Below, piece after piece: positions 25,386 to 37,594 of a stretch of 64,000 nt of DNA (positions within the stretch are counted from its first letter, which is position 1; each line of letters starts with the position of its first letter). The translations under genes and the position numbers were made by a program. Below the pieces are notes generated by a model. That model did not search any database. It saw only the letters and a list, made by a program, of their open reading frames with translations, and had not been told where the DNA came from. Origin of the DNA: Octopus sinensis (taxonomy: Eukaryota); assembly GCF_006345805.1 (NCBI RefSeq), contig NC_043003.1:28024001-28088000 (forward strand). The letters run 5' to 3'.

Positions 25386-25758
25386 CTACTATAGGCACAA
25401 GGCCTGAAAGTGTTTTACTGGTACTTAGTTTATTGACCCCCAAAAAATGAAAGGCAAAGTCAACCTTGGTGGAATTTGAACTCAGAACGTGAAGACATGA
25501 AATGCCACTAAGCAGTTTGCCCAAATAATAATAATAATAGCAATAGCAATATCCCTTTCTCCTATAGGCCTGAAATTTTGTGGGAGGAGGCCAGTCGATT
25601 AGATCAAACTCAGTAGACAATTAGTACTTAATTTATTCACCCCGAAAGGATGAAAGGCAAAGTTGACCTCAGTAGAATTTGAACTCAGAATGTAAAGACA
25701 GATGAAATGCTGCTAAGCATTTCACTCGGTGTGCTAACAATTCTGCCAGCTTGCCACC

Positions 25759-25793
<35 letters not shown>

Positions 25794-27174
25794 CCTGTTG
25801 TAGCTGCAAGGTCTGAAATTCTGTGGGGTGGGAGGACTAGCCAGTTACCCAATCCCATGCAATAAAAATTTATTATTATCAAATAATTTTCCTGCATTTG
25901 TTTTGTACACACACACATATATACATGCACATATACACGCTCCCGTGCATGCACATATATGGACTCATGTACAAACATGCATACAGATACATATGTGCGT
26001 GTATATACAAACACACATGCACGTAGATATATTTGTGTATTTCTTTATAAAAGGAGGAGAAATCCCAAGGTTTGTTATTAACTTATTGGCTGTTTTGTTG
26101 AGAACTTAAACTGTTGCTACAGTAACTGCTCTCTGATTTGGTCCCTTCTGGAAATGGAGAATTGTTACTGATATTCACGACGGTGTTGGTGGTGGTGGTG
26201 GTTGTGCCAGAAGGTGGTGAGTAACCATGATGGTTGATAAGTGGTTGTGGTGGTAGATTTGACTGACTGTAAATGTTGTTATGGTGATGGTAGTTTATGG
26301 TTTTGTTGTTGTTATGGTGGTGGTGGTGGTGGTAGTTGTAATGGATGTAGTTGTGATGGTGGTAATTTTGACTGATCATAGATATTGTTGTGGTGACAGT
26401 GGCAGAGGTAGTTGTGATGTTTGTGGTTGTTGTGGTGATAGTAGTAGTAGTAGTAAAAGTTATTGTGGGGTTGGGAGTAATTGTGGTAGTTGTGATGGTT
26501 TATGTTATGTGCTTCCCTCTCAGTAGGGAAGGAGTTATAGAGGATTTTATTCTCTCCCTGGGTGTGTAGATGTGACATGTTCAACCACCTCCATCTCTCA
26601 CCAAATGCTTGCAACAAATGGATGACACTAGGGAAATTCTGGTGATGACAGATGTTTAGCACCACCATCACTGCCTGCACCCTCACCACCTCCACCATCA
26701 CTACTTTCACCATCACCACCTTCATCACCCCCACAATCATTACCTTCACCATCACCACCTGGTTGCCTCCCACTTGCATATTGTTCATACCCACATTGGA
26801 CATAGAAACCGAGCATGAACCCTGCCCCCGCCGCCTTCTGTCTCACAAGCCTGTTCAAGTTATGGGCATATCTCTCCTTCCTTCTCTAAATCTTATTTAT
26901 AAGTTTTCCTTTCAAGCATATTACCAGAAAACATCAACTCTTGTTATAATATCACCTTTAATTAACTATGGGCAGGGTTTATGGTGATGATGGATTAGTA
27001 AAACCATTTTAGTGTTGGAAAAGATTGCTACAGCAGTATTTGATCCAGTTCTTTGTGTTCTAGTTTCAATTTCCACTAAAATCAACTTTGCCTTTCTTCT
27101 TTTCAGGGTCAATAAAAAAAAAAATAAACACCTGTCTAAGTACTAGCATTGACAGTATTGACTAATCCCTAAGG

Positions 27175-27410
27175 CAGCGGGCTGGCAGAAATTTTTAGCA
27201 CGCAGCGCAAAATGCTTAGTGGTATTTTGTCTGCCATTACGTTCTGAGTTCAAATTCTGCCGAGGTCGATTTTGCCTTTCATCCTTTCAGGGTCAATAAA
27301 TTAAGTACCAGTTACGCACTGGCGTCGATGTAATCAACTTAATCCCTTTGTCTGTCCTTGTTTGTCCCCTCTATGTTTAGTCCCTTGTGGGCAATAAAGA
27401 AATAAGTATT
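27175..27410 (+). mobile_element. SINE family A copy
   Basis: gggctggcagaaatttttagcac...gagttcaaattctgccgaggtcg...gtaccagttacgcactgg...gggcaataaagaaataagta. Confidence 0.85.
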
Positions 27411-27924
27411 GACTAATCCCTGACTCCCCTAAAAAGTCCGGGCCTTGTGAGCCTAAATCAGAAACCATTAATTGAGGTTTTATTTATTTTTTTTTTTTAC
27501 ATTTATTTATCTTCTATCTTTTACTTGTTTAAGTCATTTGCCTGTGGCCATGCTTGGGCACTGCCTTGAAGAATTTTTAATTGAATCTACCCTGGTACTT
27601 ATTTTGCTTTTGAGCACAGTGCCTATTCTGTTGATCACATTTACTGAACTGCAAGATTATGGGGATGTAAACACACTAACACCAGTTGTTAAGCAGTGTT
27701 AAGGGGGACAAACACAGACACAAAGACACACACACATGGACTAGTATGTATATGTATGTTTATATATGTATATATACAATGGGCTTTCAGTTTCCGTCTA
27801 CCAAATCTACTCACAAGATTTTAGTTAACTCAAGGCTATAATAGAAGACACTCAACCAAGGTGTTGTGCAGCGGCACTGAACTTGGAACCATGAGGTCGA
27901 AAAGCAAACATCTTATTTCTTTAC

Positions 27925-28105
27925 TGCCCACAAGGGGCTAAACATAGAGGGCTCAAACAAAGACAGACAAAAGGATTAAATCGATTACATCAACCCCAGT
28001 GTGTAACTGGTACTTGATTTATCGACCCTGAAAGGACGAAACGGCAGACGAAATACCGCTAAGCATTTCACCCGGCATGCTAACATTTCTGCCAGCTCGC
28101 CGCTG
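27925..28105 (-). mobile_element. SINE family A copy (internally deleted)
   Basis: Reverse complement of the family A tail and head; the gttcaaatt B-box segment is missing. Confidence 0.75.
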
Positions 28106-28585
28106 GCAAGTCCTATTTAAATGGGCACAGGTCATATTTAAGTTTGATTCTTTTTGCAATGTATTTGGAATAATAAAGTTCTTCTATTCATTAACTTTCT
28201 AGTCCTTTGTTGTTTTACCTTCAGAAGATGAAACAAAAAAAGGCTTTGAAATTATGGTATTGGGTTTAAGATCATCACTGTTTCTTTTGTCCATATTTTG
28301 GTCTTTGTTTCCTTAGACTTTTTGTTACCTTATATTTCTCTTGAAACACTGCTTTTATTTCAGTTATCTCTATAAAATAATAACTTATATAAATGTTTGT
28401 TTTTTGGTTGGTTGGTTGGTTCATCGATATCTCTAATCATGCTTTATATCATGTAGAATGAGGTGGGATGAAAGTAAAGGAGCTATACTGAGAGGGCTAG
28501 CATAAAAGGTGCACAATGAATTTGCATCGAAGGTTTGATGGTAGGCAATGAATAAAAGAATGATACACACACACACCCACACACC

Positions 28586-28639
<54 letters not shown>

Positions 28640-29989
28640 GTAGAGATAGATGAATATGAGGTGGAGCAGGAATAAATGACAAGGCAGTTATGGGAGGAAT
28701 CATACAAAGGAGAAATTTGTTTTAATTTTTATCTTAAGGTAATATTTTAATTTTGAAAATTAGTTTTCATTTCATTGTTTTGTATGAACACCAAAAAAAA
28801 AAAAAAATGATGAAAGTTAAATTACCATGTAATTAGCATAAGTATGCCATGTTTCTTGATATTACCTATGATGGTAAAAATTTGCTTCCAAAGTTACCTG
28901 CCATAAAATGAGTAACACTCTAGTTTCGAAAATAATGAAGAATTGACTGAAACAACTGAGTTGTTATAAAGCTTGAGTAACTTAGATTACTTTAGCCATT
29001 TTGAACCTGGGAGTACAATTTAGTGGGCCTGATTTTATTTGATTATATTCCTGGAAGATGGAAAAGAAGGTGGCCACATGGTTATATGTTTATGGTTCAC
29101 TAATTGGCTGAAATATTGTTATTTTCAACCATAAACACGAAACTGTGTAGTTATTTTGTTTCTACATATTCCTGGGGTACAGTCAAAAAAGATCACACCC
29201 ACTAAAGCACATTTGCGCATTTAAAAGGTTAAAACAGGAAGTATGTATTATGTCATAGAGCCAGGGCTGGTCTCAGATGAGGTAGTATGCAAATAGTACA
29301 ATGTCTGTTAAATGTCAATCAGACCTTTGTCCAGAGTCAAACATCAGACTCACCTTTCAATGAATTCAATTTTTAATTAATCCCAAGGTTGTTATCTCCC
29401 CTCCCTTTTGTGACCAGAGCTAATTTCACTAATGGTTTTCTTTTTTTTTTTTCTTGTTTTGTCTCATCATCATTAAAGTTGTAATATTAATTAATTACAA
29501 TTTGTTGACTTATAACATCAGTTATGTTAGCATCCACTTTACTAAATGGTGGAGTGGTGGTGGTGGGGGGGGATGTAAAATATAAGAAAAGCTAAGGCAA
29601 AGAAAAACAAAAGAAAAAGGGTTTTTGTGCTTGTGTTTTTATTCTCTCTGCAGCCTTGACATTTCTCTAGTCATGTGACTAAACAGCTGATTTAGTAATA
29701 ATAGATAATTACCCTTTTGTTGATTGTCTAGTATTCAGTTTCTTAAATGAGGTGGAGTATATCTATTTAGTGTTCTATTGTTTGACGGACTCTCTAAGAT
29801 AGTGAAATGTCATTCATTCAACCCTGCCCTTCAACTGAATCCATGCCCATTGTTTCTCTGTTCATATTAAAACTTGGCTCAACTACTAATTCCTTTAACC
29901 CAAGGTGGCTATGGTGACTCCTCCTCTGCCACTTTATCTACGATAAGATAAATTCCCGAGTCTCAGTTCGATCAGAGAATATCTTTCTT

Positions 29990-31985
29990 TGTAGTCATTG
30001 AACTATTAGAAATAACAAGCAAATCTTCCATGAATTACATCCTTGTGGCTTGAAATAATTTTAAAAATTATGAATAATTAAGGAAAAAATAACTGTCATT
30101 ATAACACTGGTGTTTGGGACATATATTAACAAGAAATTTTAATGGACGGTTTTTAGATCATCTTAACTAGTAAAGATCATTACTGTTTCTTTTGTCCATA
30201 TTTTGTCCATATTTTAGATCATCTTAACTATTAAAGATCATCTTAACTAGTAAAGATCATTACTGTTTCTTTTGTTCATATTTTGTCCATATTTTTAGAT
30301 CATCTTAACTATTAAAGATCATCTTAAATAGTAAAGATAATCTTAACTAGTAAAGATCATCTTAACTAGTAAAGATAGTCTTAACTAGTAAAGATAATCT
30401 TAACTAGTAAGATCGTCTTAACTAGTAAAGATCATCTTAACTAGTAAAGATAGTCTTAACTAGTAAAGATAATCTTAACTAGTAAGATCGTCTTAACTAG
30501 TAAAGATCATCTTAACTAGTAAAGATCATCTTAACTAGTAAAGATAGTCTTAACTAGTAAAGATAGTCATAACTAGTAAAGATAATCTTAACTAGTAAGA
30601 TCATCTTAACTAGTAAAGATCGTCTTAACTAGTAAAGAGCATCACTGCTTCTTTTGTCCATATTTTGGTGTTTGTTTCCTTAGACTTTTTGTTACCTTAT
30701 ATTTTAATGGTAGGTTTTTAGATCATCTTAACTATTTTGTTCCCATAATTTTGTTGAAGTACACTGCCTTTGTTTCAATAAATTTTGAAAATAATAATTA
30801 AGGAAAAATAACTGTCATTATAATGCTGGTGTTTAGAACATAAATTAACAAGAAATTTTAATGGATGGTTTTTAGATCATCTTAATTATTTTGTTAACCA
30901 TAATTTTGTTGAAATAGTCTGCCTTTATTTGAATTAGTATTGAAAATAATGAATAATTAAGAGAAAATAACTGTTATTATTAGCTGGTATTTGAAAGATG
31001 AATTAAGAAATTTTGATGGAAGGTCTTAATTTTGGTTGCTCTAAACATTTTGTTACTATATTTTTCTCTCGAAATACATTGCCTTTGTTCTATTTAATTT
31101 TGAAAATTCAAGAATTATAGGAAAATAACTTATTATAAAGATAGTGTTTGAGATATAAATTAACAAGAAATTTTAATGGAAGGTTTTTTTTTAGATAACT
31201 TTATCCTTTTTGTTACCATAATTTTGTTGAAATACACTGCCTTTATTTGAATTAATATTGGAAATAATGAATAATTAAGAGAAAATAACTTTATTATTAG
31301 CTGGTATTTGAAAGATGAATTAAGAAATTTTGATAGAAGGTCTTAATTTTGGTCGCTCTAAACATTTTGTTACTATATTTTTTTCTCGAAATATATTGCC
31401 TTTGTTTTATTTAATTTTGAAAATTCAAGAATTATAGGAAAATAACTTATTATAAAGATAGTGTTTGAGATATAAATTAACAAGAAATTTTAATGGAAGG
31501 TTTTTTTTTAGATAACTTTATCCTTTTTGTTACCATAATTTTGTTGAAGTACACTGCCTTTGTTTCAATAAATTTTGAAAATAATAATTAAGGAAAAATA
31601 ACTGTCATTATAATGCTGGTGTTTGGAACATAAATTAACAAGAAATTTTAATGGAAGGTTTTTTTTTTTAGATAACTTTATCCTTTTTGTTACCATAATT
31701 TTGTTGAAGTACACTGCCTTTGTTTCAATAAATTTTGAAAATAATAATTAAGGAAAAATAACTGTCATTATAATGCTGGTGTTTGGAACATAAATTAACA
31801 AGAAATTTTAATGGAAGGTTTTTTTTTAGATAACTTTATCCTTTTTGTGACCGTAATTTTGTTGAAGAGACACTGTGTTCGTTTCAATTACTAATTTTGA
31901 AAATTAGTAAAATAACTGTCAATTATAAAGCTGGTGTTTAGGACAAGTTAACACGAAATTTTGATAGAAGTTTTTAATTAGGCTT
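29990..31985. repeat. ~154-160-bp satellite array with A-B dimers, derived from MITE interior
   Basis: Unit starts (gttaccataatt...) at 30739, 30893, 31212, 31529, 31689 and 31847. 30893-31212 and 31212-31529 are near-identical ~318-bp dimers. The monomer aligns with the interior of the 20468-20682 and M1 MITEs. Confidence 0.85.
30155..30640. repeat. 19-bp minisatellite (GATCATCTTAACTAGTAAA), about 20 copies
   Basis: Direct tandem units with variants gatcat / gatagt / gataat / gatcgt and some 18-bp units; no unique spacers. Confidence 0.92.
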
Positions 31986-32207
31986 ACTTTAATGCTTTTA
32001 GTCTGTAAGTATACTTTAGTAGGTGTGATATATTATTTGCCTATAAACTTGGAAGGTATAAAAAAGTCTGAAATAGAATCAGAGCATGCTTATGATTGGT
32101 GTAATTAGTCTCGTAAGATTCAACAAAATCTGTTTCAACATATAATGTTACATCAAGAATCTTGCAAACCAAATACAAATATGGAATATATATATATACA
32201 TACATAC

Positions 32208-32239
<32 letters not shown>

Positions 32240-32277
32240 GTATATATATATGTATATATATATATATATATGTATAT

Positions 32278-32313
<36 letters not shown>

Positions 32314-32396
32314 TGTGTATATATAAGTATATATATATATATATGTATATATAAGTATATATATAATATATATATATATATGTGTATATATAATAT

Positions 32397-32431
<35 letters not shown>

Positions 32432-32482
32432 TTTGTCGTATTTCGGAATGGTCACTGTTTTTTTTTTGTTTTGCCAAATAAA

Positions 32483-32643
32483 CAGGAGTGGCTGTGTGGT
32501 AAGTAGCTTGCTAACCAACCGCATGGTTCCGGGTTCAGTCCCACTGTGTGGCATCTTGCACAAGTGTCTTCTGCTATAGCCTCAGGCCGACCAAAGCCTT
32601 GTGAGTGGATTTGGTAGACGGAAACTGAAAGAAGCCTGTCGTA

Positions 32644-32683
<40 letters not shown>

Positions 32684-32910
32684 TATATATATATGTATGT
32701 GTGTTTGTGTTTGTCCCCTGAGCATTGCTTGACAACCGATGCTGGTGTGTTTACGTCCCCGTCACTTAGCGGTTCGGCAAAAGAGACCGATAGAATAAGT
32801 ACTGGGCTTACAAAGAATAAGTCCCGGGGTCGATTTGCTCGGCTAAAGGTGGTGCTCCAGCATGGCCGCAGTCAAATGACTGAAGCAAGTTTAAGAGTAA
32901 AGAGAGTAAA
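32483..32910 (+). mobile_element. SINE family B copy (young-looking)
   Basis: caggagtggctgtgtggtaagtagc...ggttccgggttcagtccc (B-box-like)...gtcaaatgactgaagcaagt; many CpGs retained. Confidence 0.9.
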
Positions 32911-33277
32911 CACATGCGCTATATATTTGTTCTTCACTCGTTTATTATTGTTCTTATTCTAACTCCTGTCCATTGCCTGGAAATCTTGCATCATACATCT
33001 GTGACTTCTTCAATAACACTTCCGACTTCATGTGTGCTTTTGCTCCACTATATATGTACTGAAGAAGCCCAAAGAGGCAGAAATGTGCCACAGCTGGATG
33101 AGTTTTGTCTGCTACTGATATAAGAGATATAATCCCAGGACAAATATTGCAGTTAATTATGCTTTCAATGACATGTCTGCTTTCAGTATGAAGCACAGAT
33201 AGTTATTTTAAACTAATACCACTTCTGTCACACATAACAAATTTACATGTGTGTGTGTTAAATGATGATGATGATGA

Positions 33278-33329
<52 letters not shown>

Positions 33330-33338
33330 GTATGTATG

Positions 33339-33370
<32 letters not shown>

Positions 33371-33875
33371 TTTATCTTAATTATGATGCACAATCTTTAC
33401 TTTTACTAATTCTCCTCTGTCTGTCTCTCTCCCTCTCTTGTTCTTCATCCTTTCTGGTTTTCTCTCCACCCTTCCCTGTTCTACTCTCCCTTTCACCGTT
33501 CCCTCTCCCTTACTCCTCCTCCTCCCTCTCATCACTGACACGTGACCAGAGTGAAGCCATCTTTCCGACTGCTATCTTCAATGAGTCAAGACGGCTTATC
33601 CTGTCCTTCTCAATGCGTTCAAAATAATTTTTCCATCGTCTTGGCTTAACAGCTCTCATCATTTGTTTTTACTGTGTTATTCTACTTGTCCTGTCTTTTA
33701 CTGTTTTTATTTGTATTGTTTTATACTGTCCTGTTCTTGTTACCACTTTTACCCCTCCGCAAAAAATCTCAAATTTTATTTAATTTGCTTTTTGGGAAGG
33801 ACCGTTTCAACAAAGTCGTGTCTTGTCCTTACCTTCAAAACATATATATATATATGTATATGTATGTATATCTAA

Positions 33876-34515
33876 CTCTTTTATGGAAAGTTAGCTAAAG
33901 GAGAACGACCTCCACATTAAACCAAAAAAGAGGTATTAGACTCGCTGAAGGTTTCCTTAAGAGATGCTTGCATCTCTCCTGACACATGGGAGGGCATAGC
34001 TATTGATCATAGGAGGTGGAGAAGGATTGTGCACCATGGGACAGCTACTTTTGAGAAATCTCGAGTTGCGCATGAGAAAGTAAGGAAGGATGTCAGGAAG
34101 GGCATCGCTGTTACACTTCCAGATGGAAAGGGTCTTCTTATGATGCTGACATGCAGTGTCTGTGCAAGACCCTGCCTCAGTAAAGCTGGACTCAAGAGTC
34201 ATCTTCGTAGTCATAAAGCGAGACAGATGAGTGACAACCTGGCCACTGGTGGTGGTGTTACACACCATACTAATCATATCTTTCAGGCATGTGGAAGGGA
34301 GTGTAATTTGGCAGGAGGACTTAAACGACATGCGAAGGTACATGAATCCCAGTTACAACTACAGCTGGCTATTACCGATAAAGGTTTTAGTTGCCAATTC
34401 TGTACAAGACATTGTAGATGTTTAGCTGGGCTAAAAAGTCACATTCGATCACAGCACCAATAATAGTTAAGCTTCGTGCAGTGGCCATACTCGATAATGA
34501 GGGGGCAGCCATCAT
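33876..34515 (+). mobile_element. 5'-truncated RTE-clade LINE 3' end with three C-terminal C2H2 zinc-finger motifs and 3' tail
   Basis: LFYGKLAKGERPPH(K)PKKRY(x)DSLKVSLRDACISPDTWEGIAIDHRRWRRIVHHGTATFEKSR is the typical RTE C-terminus; a compensated frameshift lies near 33918-33938. Fingers: CSVC..GLKSHLRSH, (F)[26 protein letters not shown]. Stop at 34463, then a 3' UTR with a ctcg-ataa-tgag stem-loop and a (TA)n tail. Confidence 0.88.
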
Positions 34516-34558
34516 ATGTTTGTATGTATATATGTATGTATATATATATATATGTATG

Positions 34559-34605
<47 letters not shown>

Positions 34606-35879
34606 GTATATAGATGTATATACATGTCTAAATTTTTCTTGAGAACATACTCTTCGTGGTAAGGCGGTTTGATGTCTATCTTTAGCATTTTAGGAGTCCA
34701 CTTTAGTGGTCATTCCTCTTAATTTTGTATGTAATATAATTTTTAATCTTTGGATTTTTTAAATATACTAAGCCACTGGTTTTAATTGATTAATATCAAT
34801 TTATACCCTCATTATTAGTATATATTCTACCCTCATTATTATGAATATATATATATATGTGTATATTTGTATATGTATGTGTATGCATATGTTTGTGTAT
34901 GTATATATATGTATATATATATATGTATGTATATGTATGTGTATATACATATATGTATGTGTATATGTGTATATATATGTATATGTATGTGTATATATAT
35001 ATATGTATGTGTGTATGCATATATATACATATATGTATGTGTATATATGTATGTATGTATGCATATATATGCATGCATGTGTATATATATATGTATGTGT
35101 GTGTGTGTGTGTGTATGTGTGCATGTTATCATTGGTGCTGCTATTGGTGTTATTGTTGCTGTTGTTGTTGTTGTTGTTGTTACGGCTGCCACAGATGTAG
35201 TTGCTATTGTTGCCGCTACTGTTGTTGTTATTATTGTTCCTGTTCCTGCTGTTGTTGTTTTTGTTGTTGTTGTTGCAGCTTTTTTTTTCCCCAGATCTTC
35301 AATCCTCAAACACCAGCAGTTAATCAGTGTTAACACATTGATCCAATCCAACCGGCTGTTCAGTGTTATCTGATTAATTTACACCCTGTGTACATTATCA
35401 CACCCTGCTCTAGCACCCACCCCACAAACATCTTTTTCCTTACAAACCTCTACTCTGTACCCCACAACCTTTTCATCACCACCTAACACCTCTACTCCCT
35501 ACCTCCACCTCTGGCATATCCTTTAGCCATTTGCAAGCACCCCACCTCCTGCATTTCAGTACCACCACTACCTTTCACTACCATCCCCCCAACCTACCTT
35601 GCATCCCTCCGCCTCTCACACACCTTCCACTACTCCACATCCCCCCTACTCCACATCCCTACACACCTGACAGTCTTTCACTTTCACCTCCAGCCCCACA
35701 CATGCCTCGGTGTTTTTTATTTTTACCATGCTCCTCCTACCCCTCTCCATCACCCCTTGCTGCTTCTACTAATCTTGGATTAGCGATCACTGCAGATTAT
35801 TCTAATTTATGTGGAAAGCATGGTTAGCAATGGATTTAATGGTTTTGCTTCTCGATTTTATTGCTTGTGTGACGTCATG

Positions 35880-35912
35880 TTAGTAGATGTCTTATGTACA
35901 GGTACAGGTGTG

Positions 35913-35946
<34 letters not shown>

Positions 35947-36780
35947 TGTGTACAGGTTCGTGTGTGTGTGTGCAGATGTGTGTGTTTGTGACTGTGTTTA
36001 GGCTGATTGTGTGTTTGTGAGTGTGTGTACTGGTGCTTGTGTATGCATAGACGTTTGTGTGTGTGTGTGTGTGTGCAGGTGCTTGTTTGTGTGTGTGTGT
36101 GTATGTGCAGGTACTTTTGTGTGTATGTGCATGCACAGGTGCATATGTGCGAATGTGTGTTTGTGTGTAGATGAGTGTGTGTTTGTGTGTAGATGCGTGT
36201 GTTTGTTTGTGTGTGTGTGTGTGTTTGCATGCACAGGTGCTTGTGTGTGTTTTTGTGAAGATAGGTGTGTGTGTTTGTGTGTGTGTATAGGTTGTGTGTG
36301 AGTGTGTGTCTGCATGTGCTTCTATGAATGTGCACATATGTATAGATGTGAGATGTGTGAGTGTGTACATGTCTTGTGTGAATGTGTGTTTATGTGTATA
36401 TGTACATGTTCTTGTGTGTACGTACATATATGTTTATGTGTGTGTGTATATGCTTGTGTGTGTAAATATAGATGCATGTGAGTGTTTATAATGTCCTGCG
36501 TGAGTGTGTGCATTCATGTGTACGTATGCTTGTGTGGCTGTGTGTGTGTATATATGTGTTTAAATATATGCATATGTGCTTGTGTAAATGTGTGTATGTG
36601 TGTGCTTGTGTGACTGTGAGTGTGTAGATGAACAAGATTGTATTTGCATGTGTATGTAAGTGTACCTGAGCAATATTACATCTGTGTGTTGGTATATGTG
36701 TGTGTGTATGTGTTTACGTGAGCAGGATTGTGCATGTAATATGTATCTGTATATATATATATATATATATATTTATTATG
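35880..36780. repeat. Degenerate (TG)n tract
   Basis: Direct reading. Confidence 0.9.
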
Positions 36781-37147
36781 TGCATGTATGTGATTATTAT
36801 GTATAGTAGTAGTAGTAGTAGTAATAGTAGTAGTACAAGGAGGGGTGGGGGAGATTAGAATGTAATTACTTAGTGTTGTTCATATATATGTCCATCTATG
36901 TCAACCTCATTTCAGTAGGTATTAGTGGTGGTGGTGGTGGTAGTGGTGCGGTGGTAATAATCCTTCTCTGGGGTCATCTGGGGAATTTACCTGTGGTAAC
37001 AGCAGTCATCAACAAGGAAACCTGTATGTGGTCACCTGTACTCCTAGAATTAGCAACCAAATCACACCCATCACACATTGTGAAAGTTTTAATAAATGGA
37101 AGGACACATTGAATTACAGGCTATGTACACTATGTTACTATGTTTAA

Positions 37148-37594
37148 CCCTTTAGCATTTTAGTCAGCCAGATCTGGCCTCTCCAACCTACCTCACAATG
37201 TCATTCTAAGAATAAACAGTAAATAAAATAAATAAATGCGCTCTTTTAAAGCCTAACCAGGCTTATGGGCCCGGTTTCCCAGTTTCTATGGCGTATGTGT
37301 TCCCCAGCTGGATGAGACGCCAGTCCATTGCAGCGTTACTCATTTTTGCCAGTGGACTGGAGCAGCGTGAAATGAAGTGTTTTGCTCAAGAACATAACGC
37401 GTCGCCTGGTCCAGGAATCGAAACCACAATCTTATGATCATGATACTGGCACCCTAACCACTAAGCCACGCACCTCCACAAGAATTAACAGCACATCATC
37501 AAAATCTCAAAGCTACAAGATAATGCATAATTAATTCAAGATGATGTGAATAAATGAGCATTACATTTGAGAAAATAATCTGAATGCTAAAGGA
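37148..37594. mobile_element. TTAA MITE family M2 with a SINE inserted
   Basis: TTAA-ccctttagcatt ... aatgctaaagga-TTAA. The SINE at ~37225-37479 is flanked by a 12-bp TSD, aagaataaacag / aagaattaacag. Other M2 copies or fragments lie at ~7258-7420, ~19675-19850, ~24390-24602 and ~51650-51870. Confidence 0.8.

Noticed and set aside
26083-26803. His/Asn/Val/Pro-rich ORFs
   Set aside because: Derived from degenerate (GGT)/(GAT)/(CAC) trinucleotide low-complexity DNA.
28229-28262. AG...GT-bounded micro-exon candidate (ttttaccttcag|aagatgaaac...attatg|gtattg)
   Set aside because: The translation (EDETKKGFEIM) matches no ArgRS segment, and the donor runs into repeat-related sequence.
30155-30640. 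CRISPR-like regular short repeats
   Set aside because: Units are directly adjacent with no unique spacers, no cas genes, and the context is eukaryotic; it is a minisatellite.
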